Positions 20,159 through 30,876 of a stretch of DNA of 52,496 bases are shown piece after piece. How positions within the stretch are numbered: position 1 is the first letter of the stretch; every line of letters begins with the position of its first letter. The stretch is taken from IMG/VR virus record IMGVR_UViG_3300028045_000022, positions 1 to 52,496 of that record. One strand, given 5' to 3'. Position numbers and translations under genes: made by a program. The notes beneath the pieces are model-generated. The model had not been told where the DNA came from. It saw only the letters and a program-made list of their open reading frames with translations, and did not search any database. The stretch comes from a virus. Its lineage: Duplodnaviria; Caudoviricetes.

Positions 20159-21477
20159 TATCCTACCTTACTACTCTCTACTAAACTTTTTAATATAGAA
20201 GATATATCTCCTGGATTTAGTATATTACCACAACTATTAGCTGTACCTGTTCCATCATTACCAGTATTAAGTCCACCATCAGCAAGCATTTGATCTGCTT
20301 TATCAGCAGATAATCCCATATAATTTAATAAGAACGCTCTGACTTCGTCATTACTTGGAACATTAATTGAATTTTGACCTTTATCTATGTCTAAATTATT
20401 AGACCCATCGTTGACATCATTTAGTATAGTATCATCGTCAGAAAATAGAAAATCATTAGTATTATGATCATATGTTTGACTATTAGAATTACCAAGTGAA
20501 TTAGCTAAATATTTAAAATATGGATTATCGTCAGTTTTATTTTCAGTTTCAGGATCTTGATTTAGGAATACACAATACTCCATACTAATAACAGATTCTT
20601 TAATTTTTAATAGAACCGATTTAATAAATCGTAATGTTTCAATAACTTTAACATTTTTATTAAAATCATCACCAAAAGCTTTATTAAATTTATTACCCCA
20701 ATTAGCAGTGAAGCCTTGCATTAATGCTGCTAACTTTGCTGTTAAACCATAATCGTGAATATATTTTTTCATAATAGTAATAAAGTCCATATATGGTAAA
20801 CATTTAGCCCACTCCATATCTTCAGTAGCTTCATCTATTTTTTTAATAATCCATTCAAAACCAGCATCTCTTAATGTGAATATTATTTCTTGCATAGCAA
20901 TACACAAAAATCCAATAGCAGCTTCAGTAATTTCTCGTATAAAATCTAACGATGGCATAACGAAATCTTTGATATCCAGTTCTAAAAATGATAACATAAT
21001 ATCTATAATTGCAACAATACTATCTATAGCTTGAGCGAAACCACTTTCACTAAGAATAAATTCGAAATTATCTTTATCTAAATGTAATCCAGATACGTAT
21101 GCGTCATTATTAGGATCAGCTTGAGAATCACGTAGATCATGTATTTTTTTATTTACACTTTCGAGTTTTTCTTGTAAACCTAATTGTATAAGTAAATTTT
21201 TAATTAAACAACAAAGCATTTCTTCTGATACATAAAATGAACCTAATACACCAATCATATCTGTAGCAAATGATTTCAAAACAGGTTTATCAATACTATT
21301 AGTTAAATCTTTTAACATTGAAACTAGATCTCTTTGTCTACCAGATACGAATTTTGTAAATTTACCAGCACCTTTAGCAGTTACTTCAGTATTGTGTTCT
21401 TCCACTCTACGAGTTAATTCTCTAACTTTTTCAATATATTCTATATCATTAGCTTGTTGACTATTAACTTCCGCCAT
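20158..21477 (-). CDS. hypothetical helical protein
   Basis: ORF track; translationally coupled to the portal gene. Confidence 0.7.
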   Translation of the reverse strand: MAEVNSQQANDIEYIEKVRELTRRVEEHNTEVTAKGAGKFTKFVSGRQRDLVSMLKDLTNSIDKPVLKSFATDMIGVLGSFYVSEEMLCCLIKNLLIQLGLQEKLESVNKKIHDLRDSQADPNNDAYVSGLHLDKDNFEFILSESGFAQAIDSIVAIIDIMLSFLELDIKDFVMPSLDFIREITEAAIGFLCIAMQEIIFTLRDAGFEWIIKKIDEATEDMEWAKCLPYMDFITIMKKYIHDYGLTAKLAALMQGFTANWGNKFNKAFGDDFNKNVKVIETLRFIKSVLLKIKESVISMEYCVFLNQDPETENKTDDNPYFKYLANSLGNSNSQTYDHNTNDFLFSDDDTILNDVNDGSNNLDIDKGQNSINVPSNDEVRAFLLNYMGLSADKADQMLADGGLNTGNDGTGTANSCGNILNPGDISSILKSLVESSKVG

Positions 21478-21820
21478 TAGTTACATCTCCTATTGTATTA
21501 TCATTATGAAAATCATTATATCGTTCTATTTTAGTTGTGTCTTTAGCATTAGTGTTAATATCAGGAGTATACGAACTTTTACCTAATGCTTCCATTTTAC
21601 CTCTCATAGTAAACTTATCGATTTGTTCAGAATTATAAATAAATTTATGCATAGAATCATTATGCATTTCTGTATTTTCTTTCATTTCTCGAGTTGTATC
21701 ATTATCAACAAGCATTCTACAAACGAATTTTTCGAACTCTACATATTCGCGCATTTCTCTAATTTTTTTATTCATTAATAATGCACCAGAAACATAACCA
21801 TTATTTTGTATAGCACCCAT
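21464..21820 (-). CDS. hypothetical protein
   Basis: ORF track; AGGAG RBS. Confidence 0.65.
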   Translation of the reverse strand: MGAIQNNGYVSGALLMNKKIREMREYVEFEKFVCRMLVDNDTTREMKENTEMHNDSMHKFIYNSEQIDKFTMRGKMEALGKSSYTPDINTNAKDTTKIERYNDFHNDNTIGDVTNGGS

Positions 21821-21828
21821 AATTACTC

Positions 21829-23085
21829 CTATTTACTATTATCATCATTATTATTATATAAAGCATCATTGACAGCTGCTTCTAATACAAGTTTAGCAGC
21901 TTCTAAACATTCAGGACTCACCGCAGACTTATCACCTTTTTTAGTATTTTTAAAACCTGTATCTAAATCAGAATCAGGACAATCAGTATCGATAATATCT
22001 AATCCTTCACCAATACCAGGTTTATCTTTATCATCAGTAATAATATCACCATTATCATCTACTATATTTATTTTACCAGATTCGTCAGCTTTTTGTTTAC
22101 GACGTGTACCATAATCAGGACAATCTTTACCTATATTAGATTTACATAAATCCTCTAACGCCATAAAACCTTTTAGATATACATAAATTTGTATACCTTC
22201 CTCTGGTTTAAAATCAGACCAAGCACGTCTAGGAATTTTACATAAAAACATTAATTTTAATACATTTAAAATTTTGTGTATGATACCCCATTTATAATAG
22301 TTTTCAGTACTTATTATATAAAACGGAGGTTTAACAAATAATGATCTAGTTATAATAATTAATGCATCAATAGGTTTAGCTATGATTTTTTCAACGAAAT
22401 CAAAAATACCAGTCCACATTCTACACCAGATATGGTTCCAGAATAATTTGTTTAATAATCCAGCAAACATTTCACCCATTTGTTTAGCAAAGCTATCTTC
22501 CATAGCTGCTTTATTATCTAGTATATCTTTAATGCGTTCTTCATCATTTTTTTGAACAATATCAAAACCTTCAAATACAGCTTTAGTAACTTCTGAACAA
22601 TTAGAGTGAGGTATATTTAATGTGCCATCACCAAGTAATGCTGCAAGTTTAGTATTATAACCATTTAATGCGTCTACGAAATCTGGTGATGTAATAGTTT
22701 CAGCAGCATCAAATACTGGTTTAGTTATAGTTCCATCTTTAGAACCTAAAAGTTTAGCAGCATCTTTAACTCTATCACTCTTAGGTGTAATCTTCATATC
22801 TTTTAATAAATCATCTCGCATATCTTCTAGTGTTTTAACTAAGTCTTCATTTTCTTTAACATTATCAACTAGATCTTTAATGTCTTCTTTAGTAGTAGTA
22901 TCAACACCATCAGTTCCAATTTCACAAGAATCATTAGAACCTTTAGATATAGCAGAAGGTGCAGTTACTGGTCTGTCTGGGAATTTAATTCTACCTTCAG
23001 TTATAAGACTATTTAATATATTACCATCAATTGATTTACCTAATAAATCATCAAGTTCGATATTACTTTGATTATTTTTATCCAT
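21829..23085 (-). CDS. hypothetical protein
   Basis: ORF track; coupled to TerL through a TAATG overlap. Confidence 0.7.
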   Translation of the reverse strand: MDKNNQSNIELDDLLGKSIDGNILNSLITEGRIKFPDRPVTAPSAISKGSNDSCEIGTDGVDTTTKEDIKDLVDNVKENEDLVKTLEDMRDDLLKDMKITPKSDRVKDAAKLLGSKDGTITKPVFDAAETITSPDFVDALNGYNTKLAALLGDGTLNIPHSNCSEVTKAVFEGFDIVQKNDEERIKDILDNKAAMEDSFAKQMGEMFAGLLNKLFWNHIWCRMWTGIFDFVEKIIAKPIDALIIITRSLFVKPPFYIISTENYYKWGIIHKILNVLKLMFLCKIPRRAWSDFKPEEGIQIYVYLKGFMALEDLCKSNIGKDCPDYGTRRKQKADESGKINIVDDNGDIITDDKDKPGIGEGLDIIDTDCPDSDLDTGFKNTKKGDKSAVSPECLEAAKLVLEAAVNDALYNNNDDNSK

Positions 23086-24902
23086 TAAAATGTTCTCCTA
23101 AATCCTGTACCTAATATATTTGAGCTTCTAGAGTTTCCACGACCACCAACCATTCTAGGTCTACTATACGTCGGTGGTGCTTCTGGATCTCTAATAGGTT
23201 TATCATTCTGCTGTAGTATAGCAGATTTTGGAGAAGCACTATCTCTTCCTTCAAAATTATCTAATCTAGGATTACGCATATACTTAATTTTATTATCATA
23301 TGTGTTTTTTAATAGTAAACCGAACTGATGATAGAATCCATATATAGCTAATGTAAATGCGTCTAATACGTGGTCTTCACCTTCATATGTACAATCACCT
23401 CTAGCAGTTATAGATTTAACTGTATATGCTCGCATTTGATCTATTAATCTATGACTAGCATCTTCTTCTTTAGGTAATAACATTCTACCTTCTTCTAGAG
23501 ATAATACAGTTTGGTTAATCATTAAACCTTTATTTCTTTTTTTAACTTTTTTCTGAAGGATAGCGTCGTAGTGTTCAGTAGATGCACCAGAATCTATAAC
23601 ATGTAATTTTCTAGACATACCAAGAGATGGAACTTTTCTACCATGTAACGTTAGTTCTTCAACGTTTGTATCACCAGCACCATAATCAACATATAAGAAA
23701 TCGACTCTATAATAAGTCATTAATCTAATAATTTCATTACGAGTTTCTCTTTGAGTAGCTTCTTTAGATTTAACACCTTTACGATAGAATAATCTTATTT
23801 TACCAGTACAATCTATTTTAACATCTTCATTTTTTTCATGATCGTAAAATTCTATAAATGTAGGTTCATGACAATATTCAATCATTACAACTTGTCCACC
23901 ATTTTTATAAGTATTCCAATCAACCCCAATGATATATTTATTACCAGGTTTTTGTTCAAATCCTGGATCGAAGATATCTACATCATGACTATTAAAGTGT
24001 GAGAAATAATTAGCTAATGACTCATTAATATGTTTATGTTTATAAACACCTTGAAGTTCTTCACCGAATTCAGCACCAAACTCACGCATGTATGCATCTT
24101 CCGCCATCATAGATCTAAATTTAAATTCAGTTGAATCTGTTATAGGTCTACCTTGCTCTTCAGCTTGTTCAATAGATAACCAGTTAGGATTATCTTTATG
24201 CCAAGATGGATAGTGTTTTGACCACCAACCAATAGACGAACCTTTAGTACACCAATCATAAAATATATCTCGTTTACCTGACGGTGTAGAACATGCTCTA
24301 ATTTTAGTATGTTGATTAGTATTAGCAATAGGAAGAACAGATTGTTCCATAATATCTCTAGGTATAAAGTCAGCTTCATCAAGCATGAGTAAGTCAGCAC
24401 TTTGACCACGAACAGATGTACCTTTATTTGCAGAAGATATACCAAGGGTCATACCTTTAATAACTGAACCATTAGAAAAATGTATTTCATTAACATCAGA
24501 ACGTTTTACGCTAGTTATTTGTTCATTAAGAAAAGGTGAGTCAGCTATTAAATCCATTAGAGTATCAAATATCATTTTAATTTGAGCATCCATTGGTGTC
24601 ATTATAAGTACACTAAACGGAATAGGTTTAGTTCCATTTGTATTATACATAGTAGCTAATGGTTGCGCGACTGTCCACCATAATGCATCGGCACATAATA
24701 CAACAGTTTTTCCCATTCTTCTACCATATCTAAGAACTATCTGTTGTTCGTCTTTACTCGCATCTAACACTTCTCTTTGATAAGATCTTAATTTAAGAGG
24801 TTGTTGTGGATCGATAGGATTACGTAAAAATGTTTCCGCCCATTTTGACGGAACATTTAATATATCCGCGAATACTTTTTTCTCTTCTAAACTTAATTTC
24901 AT
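23085..24902 (-). CDS. terL: terminase large subunit
   Basis: LRSYQ adenine-binding motif, Walker A YGRRMGKT, Walker B LLMLDEAD, coupling motif STPSG, and nuclease motifs IIGVDWN and DHVLDA. Confidence 0.93.
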   Translation of the reverse strand: MKLSLEEKKVFADILNVPSKWAETFLRNPIDPQQPLKLRSYQREVLDASKDEQQIVLRYGRRMGKTVVLCADALWWTVAQPLATMYNTNGTKPIPFSVLIMTPMDAQIKMIFDTLMDLIADSPFLNEQITSVKRSDVNEIHFSNGSVIKGMTLGISSANKGTSVRGQSADLLMLDEADFIPRDIMEQSVLPIANTNQHTKIRACSTPSGKRDIFYDWCTKGSSIGWWSKHYPSWHKDNPNWLSIEQAEEQGRPITDSTEFKFRSMMAEDAYMREFGAEFGEELQGVYKHKHINESLANYFSHFNSHDVDIFDPGFEQKPGNKYIIGVDWNTYKNGGQVVMIEYCHEPTFIEFYDHEKNEDVKIDCTGKIRLFYRKGVKSKEATQRETRNEIIRLMTYYRVDFLYVDYGAGDTNVEELTLHGRKVPSLGMSRKLHVIDSGASTEHYDAILQKKVKKRNKGLMINQTVLSLEEGRMLLPKEEDASHRLIDQMRAYTVKSITARGDCTYEGEDHVLDAFTLAIYGFYHQFGLLLKNTYDNKIKYMRNPRLDNFEGRDSASPKSAILQQNDKPIRDPEAPPTYSRPRMVGGRGNSRSSNILGTGFRRTF

Positions 24903-24911
24903 TTAAACTCC

Positions 24912-25976
24912 TTAAGCATGCATCATTCCAGCTTCTTGTCCTAGTATACTTCTTCCATTCATTCTTGACTTAGAAATAGCTTGAATTGCACGTTGGCGTT
25001 CTGTTGCTGCACCTTGAGAAATGAATGCTAAGTTGAGCTGTCCGCCTAATTCAGGTCTAGCCATATTATTTATAGAATTAAATGTACTATCTACAGCTTG
25101 CGTTGCTGCTTGACCTATAGGGTTAGCTACCATTTTAATACCTTCATACATTAAACTACCAACAGCATAATATGCTGAACCTTTACCGAAGGCAGTAGCA
25201 GCCCTAAATAAACCGCGACCTAAACCTCTAGCTGCACCATATCCAGCTTTTAATGTATTTGCAGCTAATAAGTGCATTTGACCTAAAGCTTGATTATCAG
25301 TTACAATATTAACACCACTAAAAGCTGTGGATACTTTAGCTATTAATCTTGTAGCTTTAGCACCTAAAGTCCCAGATATATCTTTCATTGTAGCTATTTG
25401 TTTATCTATACCTTTCAATGCTCTACTTAAACTTTGTCTTCTAGCAAGAGGTTGATCTAAATCTAATATATCACCACCGATTTTTGATGCATGTGCTTTT
25501 AGTGTTGATAATGATGTACCATTTATACGCTTTTTAGCATTTGATCTCCATGCGTCTAGTTTTTTAACAAAGGATGTATCTGAAAATTTAGTTTTATTTA
25601 AACCAAAACTAAGTTGACCATCTATACTTCTATCTATAGTTAGTCCGATTGGGGATAACGCGTTATTTGCACCAGTTCTCATTCCTGGTAAAATACCTTT
25701 AGCTCCAGTTTTAAAATTAGATATAGACTCTGGATCGAATAGTTTATTAGCAGCCCAGTTAGCTCCTTGGGTCAATTTACTCCCAGCAAATTGACCTAAC
25801 TTACTATTTAATATAGGGTTGTCTTTAATCGAATTCAACATCACTCTACCATATGATGGTCGCCACATACCTGGATTATATTTGTACGCATAATGTGGTA
25901 ACATTGATGCGATTGCTGCATCTTTCGCAATACCTAAAACGCTTATTTGATCTTCCATATACGGTTGTTGTTGCAT
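24912..25976 (-). CDS. hypothetical basic Ala/Gly-rich protein (possible internal virion protein)
   Basis: ORF track; C-terminal AATERQRAIQAISKSRMNGRSILGQEA. Confidence 0.65.
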   Translation of the reverse strand: MQQQPYMEDQISVLGIAKDAAIASMLPHYAYKYNPGMWRPSYGRVMLNSIKDNPILNSKLGQFAGSKLTQGANWAANKLFDPESISNFKTGAKGILPGMRTGANNALSPIGLTIDRSIDGQLSFGLNKTKFSDTSFVKKLDAWRSNAKKRINGTSLSTLKAHASKIGGDILDLDQPLARRQSLSRALKGIDKQIATMKDISGTLGAKATRLIAKVSTAFSGVNIVTDNQALGQMHLLAANTLKAGYGAARGLGRGLFRAATAFGKGSAYYAVGSLMYEGIKMVANPIGQAATQAVDSTFNSINNMARPELGGQLNLAFISQGAATERQRAIQAISKSRMNGRSILGQEAGMMHA

Positions 25977-25986
25977 AATTTACCTC

Positions 25987-26508
25987 TTATCCATGTCTAG
26001 TTTTATGCATAGATAATGATAAACCAGTATGATTACCTATACTCATTTTAGATTTACCCATAGCTTTACCTATGCTAGTCTGAGTCATCATTCTACTAGA
26101 GTATCTAGAATCTTGTAAATATCTAGCACTCATTATATCTTGTGCTCTACCAACAGCACCAGACATCATAGATAATGCAGTCATTGCGGTAGCACCAACT
26201 GCAGCTTGAGTCATTAAACTAGTTGGTGAGTTAACACTAGTATTAACTAACTTTTTAACATTAGTATTAAACATGCTTGTATTACCAACAGCACTAGCCA
26301 TATTATGTGGTGCGTCAAATAGATTATTCATTCTACTTGTACCAGGTTTAATATTAGTATTGTTATTATGCTTACCAATAAAACCTTTATTTTTATTTAA
26401 AGATTTAAGACCACCTTTACCTAACATTGATCTAGTGAAAACGTTATTACTAACTAAATCTACGCCCTTTTTGAACATTTGCTTTAAGCCTGTAAATACA
26501 CCTTTCAT
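25987..26508 (-). CDS. hypothetical basic Met/Gly/Ser-rich protein
   Basis: ORF track; GAGG RBS. Confidence 0.65.
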   Translation of the reverse strand: MKGVFTGLKQMFKKGVDLVSNNVFTRSMLGKGGLKSLNKNKGFIGKHNNNTNIKPGTSRMNNLFDAPHNMASAVGNTSMFNTNVKKLVNTSVNSPTSLMTQAAVGATAMTALSMMSGAVGRAQDIMSARYLQDSRYSSRMMTQTSIGKAMGKSKMSIGNHTGLSLSMHKTRHG

Positions 26509-26510
26509 AA

Positions 26511-27692
26511 TTAATACCTCGTATGATTAATTGCATTATTATGCATATTTAAAGCTATATTATTATTCATTACAGAATTAGTTGACGTTATGTAACCATT
26601 TCTACTACTATTTTTAGGAGTTCTAATGAACTTATTAACAGCTTTATCTAAATGTACTGATGAACCGAAATCAGTAGTTAATTCTTTTATATCGTGGAAA
26701 CCTCTTTTATATAAAGATGGTATATATGCAGATTGTCTATCTGTAAATTGTGTTGATTGTCCAGGATTAACAATATTAGTTTTATGACTAGATGATAGTT
26801 TAGACATCATATATGATACTAATACTGTCGCCCCGAATGCTACAGCTAACTTAGATCCACCTTTAATCGATGACTTTGTTTTTTTCGGTGGTTGTTGTTG
26901 TCCAGGTGAACTACTTTGTTGTTTACTTACTGGTTTATTTTGTATATCATGTGGTGAACTTGTATTATCCGCGCTTTTACTCTGTGGTGTATCAGTTTTA
27001 CTACCAGTAGTAGATGGTTTACCATCAGCTCGTCGTCTAGCTGCTACCTCTAAATCATAAGCTGTTTTTTGACTATTACCATTAGCATTATCAGTTTTTG
27101 CTTTGTTAGCAGTAGTTTGTCTTTCTTTTTCTTTAGTATGATTATTATCAACTTTATTTGGAGTAGTTGATTTATCCTGTTGAAGATCATATTCTTCTTG
27201 TGTTATTATTCCATCTTTTAAATCTTTTTCCAAGTGTTGTTGTGCTAGTTTACCACCTTTATTACTACGTTTAACTTTATCATCAATTTTCGTATTATTG
27301 TCAGCTGCTAATTTTTCTTGTTTAAGACTTGCATCATATTGTGCATCTTTATGTTGTTGTAATTGTTCTCTACCAATTGATGTATAATATGAACTATAAG
27401 TTTCTTGCATAACAGTAGTATTTGTATTACTAATACCTTTAACTACTTGATGATGTGTTTTGTTTTTCTTATCCCAATAACTATAAACGTATTTACCATT
27501 TGCGTCGACCACACCAGGCTTAACACCTACAATTTCAGCACCTGTAATTTTATCAAATTTAACATCAGTTCTAGCACCATGTCCAAATTCTACATGTGTA
27601 CTTTTACACTGACTGTTATCTTCTACGAAATTCTCTCGACCACCAAACATGTCGAGAGTTTCCATTCTACCAGCTGGTTTCTGTATTGCCAT
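26511..27692 (-). CDS. hypothetical protein with a low-complexity linker and one hydrophobic segment
   Basis: ORF track; LAVAFGATVLVSYMM segment. Confidence 0.65.
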   Translation of the reverse strand: MAIQKPAGRMETLDMFGGRENFVEDNSQCKSTHVEFGHGARTDVKFDKITGAEIVGVKPGVVDANGKYVYSYWDKKNKTHHQVVKGISNTNTTVMQETYSSYYTSIGREQLQQHKDAQYDASLKQEKLAADNNTKIDDKVKRSNKGGKLAQQHLEKDLKDGIITQEEYDLQQDKSTTPNKVDNNHTKEKERQTTANKAKTDNANGNSQKTAYDLEVAARRRADGKPSTTGSKTDTPQSKSADNTSSPHDIQNKPVSKQQSSSPGQQQPPKKTKSSIKGGSKLAVAFGATVLVSYMMSKLSSSHKTNIVNPGQSTQFTDRQSAYIPSLYKRGFHDIKELTTDFGSSVHLDKAVNKFIRTPKNSSRNGYITSTNSVMNNNIALNMHNNAINHTRY

Positions 27693-27694
27693 AA

Positions 27695-28339
27695 TTATGC
27701 TCCAGACATAGCACTCTTTATAATCTCTTCCATACTAGAAGAACCTTGTATACCATAACGTTTTTTAGCTAATCTAGTAGCCATAAACTCATTTAATAGT
27801 TTTTGTTTAAGCCCTTTTAAATCCATCTTGATGCTGAATTCAGGAGCAATATCTTTAGATATAACTGATCCACCTCGACCCTCCTTAGTAATTTCTTGAA
27901 CTAAAGAACTTTGAGCTAACATACCAGACGTTCTCATATCTAATATTTTAGCATCAATAAAATCATAAAGTAATTCCATTTCAACAGTATCTTGAGAATC
28001 TATATCTAAATCTCTACATAATGTTATTTCTAATTCACTACTTAATTTTTTTTCAATAGGACAAGTATAACCTTCAGGAGCTAAATCATTTTTTAATAAA
28101 GGACAAGATAATTTATAAGGACAAGTATCTATATTACATTTCATAAGCATAACAGCAGATGAAACATTAGCGATACCACTATCGAAAATCGCAGCTAATT
28201 TACTTAGCTTATCTTTATGTTTTATTAATTTATCCATAGCTTCTTCAGGATACATCGCTAATAGAGGAGATAGATCACCTATTTCCTCTTGTATTAGTGA
28301 TAATTGTTTTGATTCACTTAAGTTTTCTCTTAAATTCAT
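27695..28339 (-). CDS. putative terminase small subunit
   Basis: Cys cluster CxxxxCxxxxxC...CPIE then helices ending LLNEFMATRLAKK; near TerL. The call is inferred from size and position. Confidence 0.5.
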   Translation of the reverse strand: MNLRENLSESKQLSLIQEEIGDLSPLLAMYPEEAMDKLIKHKDKLSKLAAIFDSGIANVSSAVMLMKCNIDTCPYKLSCPLLKNDLAPEGYTCPIEKKLSSELEITLCRDLDIDSQDTVEMELLYDFIDAKILDMRTSGMLAQSSLVQEITKEGRGGSVISKDIAPEFSIKMDLKGLKQKLLNEFMATRLAKKRYGIQGSSSMEEIIKSAMSGA

Positions 28340-28348
28340 ATATAACCT

Positions 28349-28933
28349 TTATTTAATAATTTCTTTAATTGCATCTACATGATATTTTATTATTCTATGT
28401 CTTCCATGTTCTGACATTAAGTACTCTCTACATTCATGCTCATTATCCATGAAAAAGTTTTCAGTTAATACGGCAGGCATTGATGAATGTTTAAGCATAT
28501 AAAAGTTAGCTTCTTTATCCATATCACCATCCGTTGTATCAACTCTAACTTTAACAGTTGGGAATTCTTTTTTAAATTTATTATAAAAAATAGTAGCATA
28601 TCTGTCACTAGCACTAACGCCAAAATATGTAAATGCTTCGAAACCAGAACCACCACCTGCGTTAGCGTGAATAGATAATAAAATAGAATCAGTATATGAG
28701 TTAGCTCTTTTAATTCGTTCTTTTAAAGGTATATCTGTTAATTCAGGAACAAGATTAACATATGGAATTTCCAACACAGTTAATTCTTGAATGATACCAT
28801 TAACTATAGCTCGAGTAAATTCACCTTCATATAATATAGATCCATCATCCCAAATAGGACTGCGTTTACCATTAGTTTGATAAACGCCATTTATAATACC
28901 ACCATGTCCATTATCTAAGAGTATCGTTTTCAT
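28349..28933 (-). CDS. N-acetylmuramoyl-L-alanine amidase (Amidase_3), endolysin
   Basis: LDNGHGG, YEGEF, LSIHANA and PAVLTENFFMDN zinc-amidase motifs. Confidence 0.92.
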   Translation of the reverse strand: MKTILLDNGHGGIINGVYQTNGKRSPIWDDGSILYEGEFTRAIVNGIIQELTVLEIPYVNLVPELTDIPLKERIKRANSYTDSILLSIHANAGGGSGFEAFTYFGVSASDRYATIFYNKFKKEFPTVKVRVDTTDGDMDKEANFYMLKHSSMPAVLTENFFMDNEHECREYLMSEHGRHRIIKYHVDAIKEIIK

Positions 28934-28940
28934 TATAAAC

Positions 28941-29042
28941 CTATTTCTTATTTTTATTAAATCGTTTAATCATTTGAGCGTTAGTTTTTATATATTGTTT
29001 TCGTTTTCGTAAAAATTTTATTCTTCTACGTCCTGTAAACAT
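28941..29042 (-). CDS. very basic 33-aa peptide
   Basis: Manual translation MFTGRRRIKFLRKRKQYIKTNAQMIKRFNKNKK; fills the gap between 29046 and the amidase. Confidence 0.5.
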   Translation of the reverse strand: MFTGRRRIKFLRKRKQYIKTNAQMIKRFNKNKK

Positions 29043-29045
29043 ATA

Positions 29046-29384
29046 TTACCCTCTAGATTTACTTCCTGTACCTGAACCCCACGCACCAGGATAAAACCCT
29101 GCATTATTAGGATTTATAGTTTTATTATTAACACGATACGCTGTTTGATCGCCTATATAATTATAGTTAACATTTGCGTATGTTCCGCTGCCGCTAACTT
29201 CAACAGTTAAATCTTCACCAAACTGTATATTAAGATTATTATTTAATCCATCTAATGTATAATTAATCGTATCATTATAAATATGCACAGTAGAACTACC
29301 ATGTGCATCAACAGATGTTATTAGTCCATCTAAACCTTCAGGGACATTTAAAGTTCCAGAACCAGTCATTATATAATTTGACAT
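29046..29384 (-). CDS. hypothetical protein
   Basis: ATG 29384 is preceded by AAGGAG; TATACTAT motif at 29458-29465. Confidence 0.65.
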   Translation of the reverse strand: MSNYIMTGSGTLNVPEGLDGLITSVDAHGSSTVHIYNDTINYTLDGLNNNLNIQFGEDLTVEVSGSGTYANVNYNYIGDQTAYRVNNKTINPNNAGFYPGAWGSGTGSKSRG

Positions 29385-29569
29385 TACTATTCTCCTTATT
29401 ATATAAAATGAGATTAACCCACGTTTTTTATTATTAATACGTACTACGTACGTGTTTATAGTATACGTTAAAATATGAAAAAGGAGCATACCAGGAAGGT
29501 ACACTCCTTATATAAGAAGGTTATCGGAAATGCTTTTACTCAAAGGGGTATTTATGAGTAATGTTATAT

Positions 29570-30025
29570 TTAAGCCTTTTCTGAAGAAAGACCTAGATCA
29601 TTTGCTTTATCATTAAGACTATCTAATGTTCTATTTAATAGTATATCAGTAGTCGGACAAGCAATTTCTTTATCACTACAATGTTTAATTATATTATCAA
29701 CTAATTGTTTTTTCTCTTGATCAACTTCATCACCTAGATACCTAATAACATCTGCATCAGCGAATTTAATATCATCTTGGATACCGATAGGTTTAATATT
29801 TTCAACCATGTCAGGTCTTTTAGTAAATGACTCTCGTTTCATAGTTCCTTCATCATCAAAAGATGTTACATTAAATGCTATATATCCATCTTCTTCATAT
29901 CTTTTATTAGGTGCATCCGCGAAAAATGTTAAACTTGCAACTTTTCGTGAATCACTTAATTTTTCACCATCCATAGTAACAGTAGTGCCTGAAACTGTCA
30001 AATCTGTATCTATTGTAATTTTCAT
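29570..30025 (-). CDS. hypothetical protein
   Basis: ORF track; AGGAGG RBS. Confidence 0.7.
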   Translation of the reverse strand: MKITIDTDLTVSGTTVTMDGEKLSDSRKVASLTFFADAPNKRYEEDGYIAFNVTSFDDEGTMKRESFTKRPDMVENIKPIGIQDDIKFADADVIRYLGDEVDQEKKQLVDNIIKHCSDKEIACPTTDILLNRTLDSLNDKANDLGLSSEKA

Positions 30026-30092
30026 AAATCCTCCTATTATAAAAATGGCCAGTATATACTGGCCGTAATATACATCCTATAGTATAGTCATA

Positions 30093-30734
30093 TTACATAA
30101 AATTAAATGGTGTCATTTTAACCACTGAATCAGTAGGTATTGATGACATTATACCTTTATTAAAATCTTTACGAGTAGTATTAGTTGAACCATAACCATC
30201 TTTTCCGCGCTCAGTATTATCGTTAAGTTCTTCTTCTATAACTTCTAATAATTCAACTTTCATAGGAACAACTTGAGCTATAGCTTCACCTAATGTTATT
30301 TTCTGAGTTTGTCTAGAAGTATTCATTATAATAACACCAACTTCATTTCTGTAAGCTTCATCTACAGTACCTGGTGTATTAACAACTGTAAGTCCACGTT
30401 TTAATGCATTACCACTTCTAGGTCTAACTTGGATTTCATATCCTGGACCTACGGTCATTTTAAGACCTGTACCAATTAATGCTCGTTCACCAGATTGTAA
30501 TTCGAAAATACCAGATTCGATAAATTTACTTTCCATATTATCACCTTCTAGTAATTTTTCACCATTACCACCAAAGTGTGCATATATACGTTTTACATTA
30601 TGCGCAACGACATCAAAACCACTATCTGTGCTAGTTTTAGGTTTACTAGGTAGTGGTGCGTCTGGGTATAGTTTTTCAACTCTAAGAGCAAGTGTATCTT
30701 TTTTTGCAATTTCTTCTTTTTTTGATTCAGTCAT
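30093..30734 (-). CDS. dut: trimeric dUTPase
   Basis: All five dUTPase motifs are present: DSGFDV, QVRPRSG, GTVDEAYRNEV, IAQVV and RGKDGYGST. Confidence 0.93.
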   Translation of the reverse strand: MTESKKEEIAKKDTLALRVEKLYPDAPLPSKPKTSTDSGFDVVAHNVKRIYAHFGGNGEKLLEGDNMESKFIESGIFELQSGERALIGTGLKMTVGPGYEIQVRPRSGNALKRGLTVVNTPGTVDEAYRNEVGVIIMNTSRQTQKITLGEAIAQVVPMKVELLEVIEEELNDNTERGKDGYGSTNTTRKDFNKGIMSSIPTDSVVKMTPFNFM

Positions 30735-30876
30735 TAAAACCTCCTGATGAACTGATTATATTGAATATAATAGATTTCCTTCAATTTGTCAATAATTAAA
30801 ATATTTTATATGTAAATAATTATTTTCCTAAGTTAAGATTTATTTTTAAAATTTCCATACTATCAATTCATCAGGA

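Noticed and set aside
14349-24902. Intein or intron in TerL, portal or MCP
   Set aside because: The ORFs are continuous and of ordinary size, with no intein or homing-endonuclease motifs.
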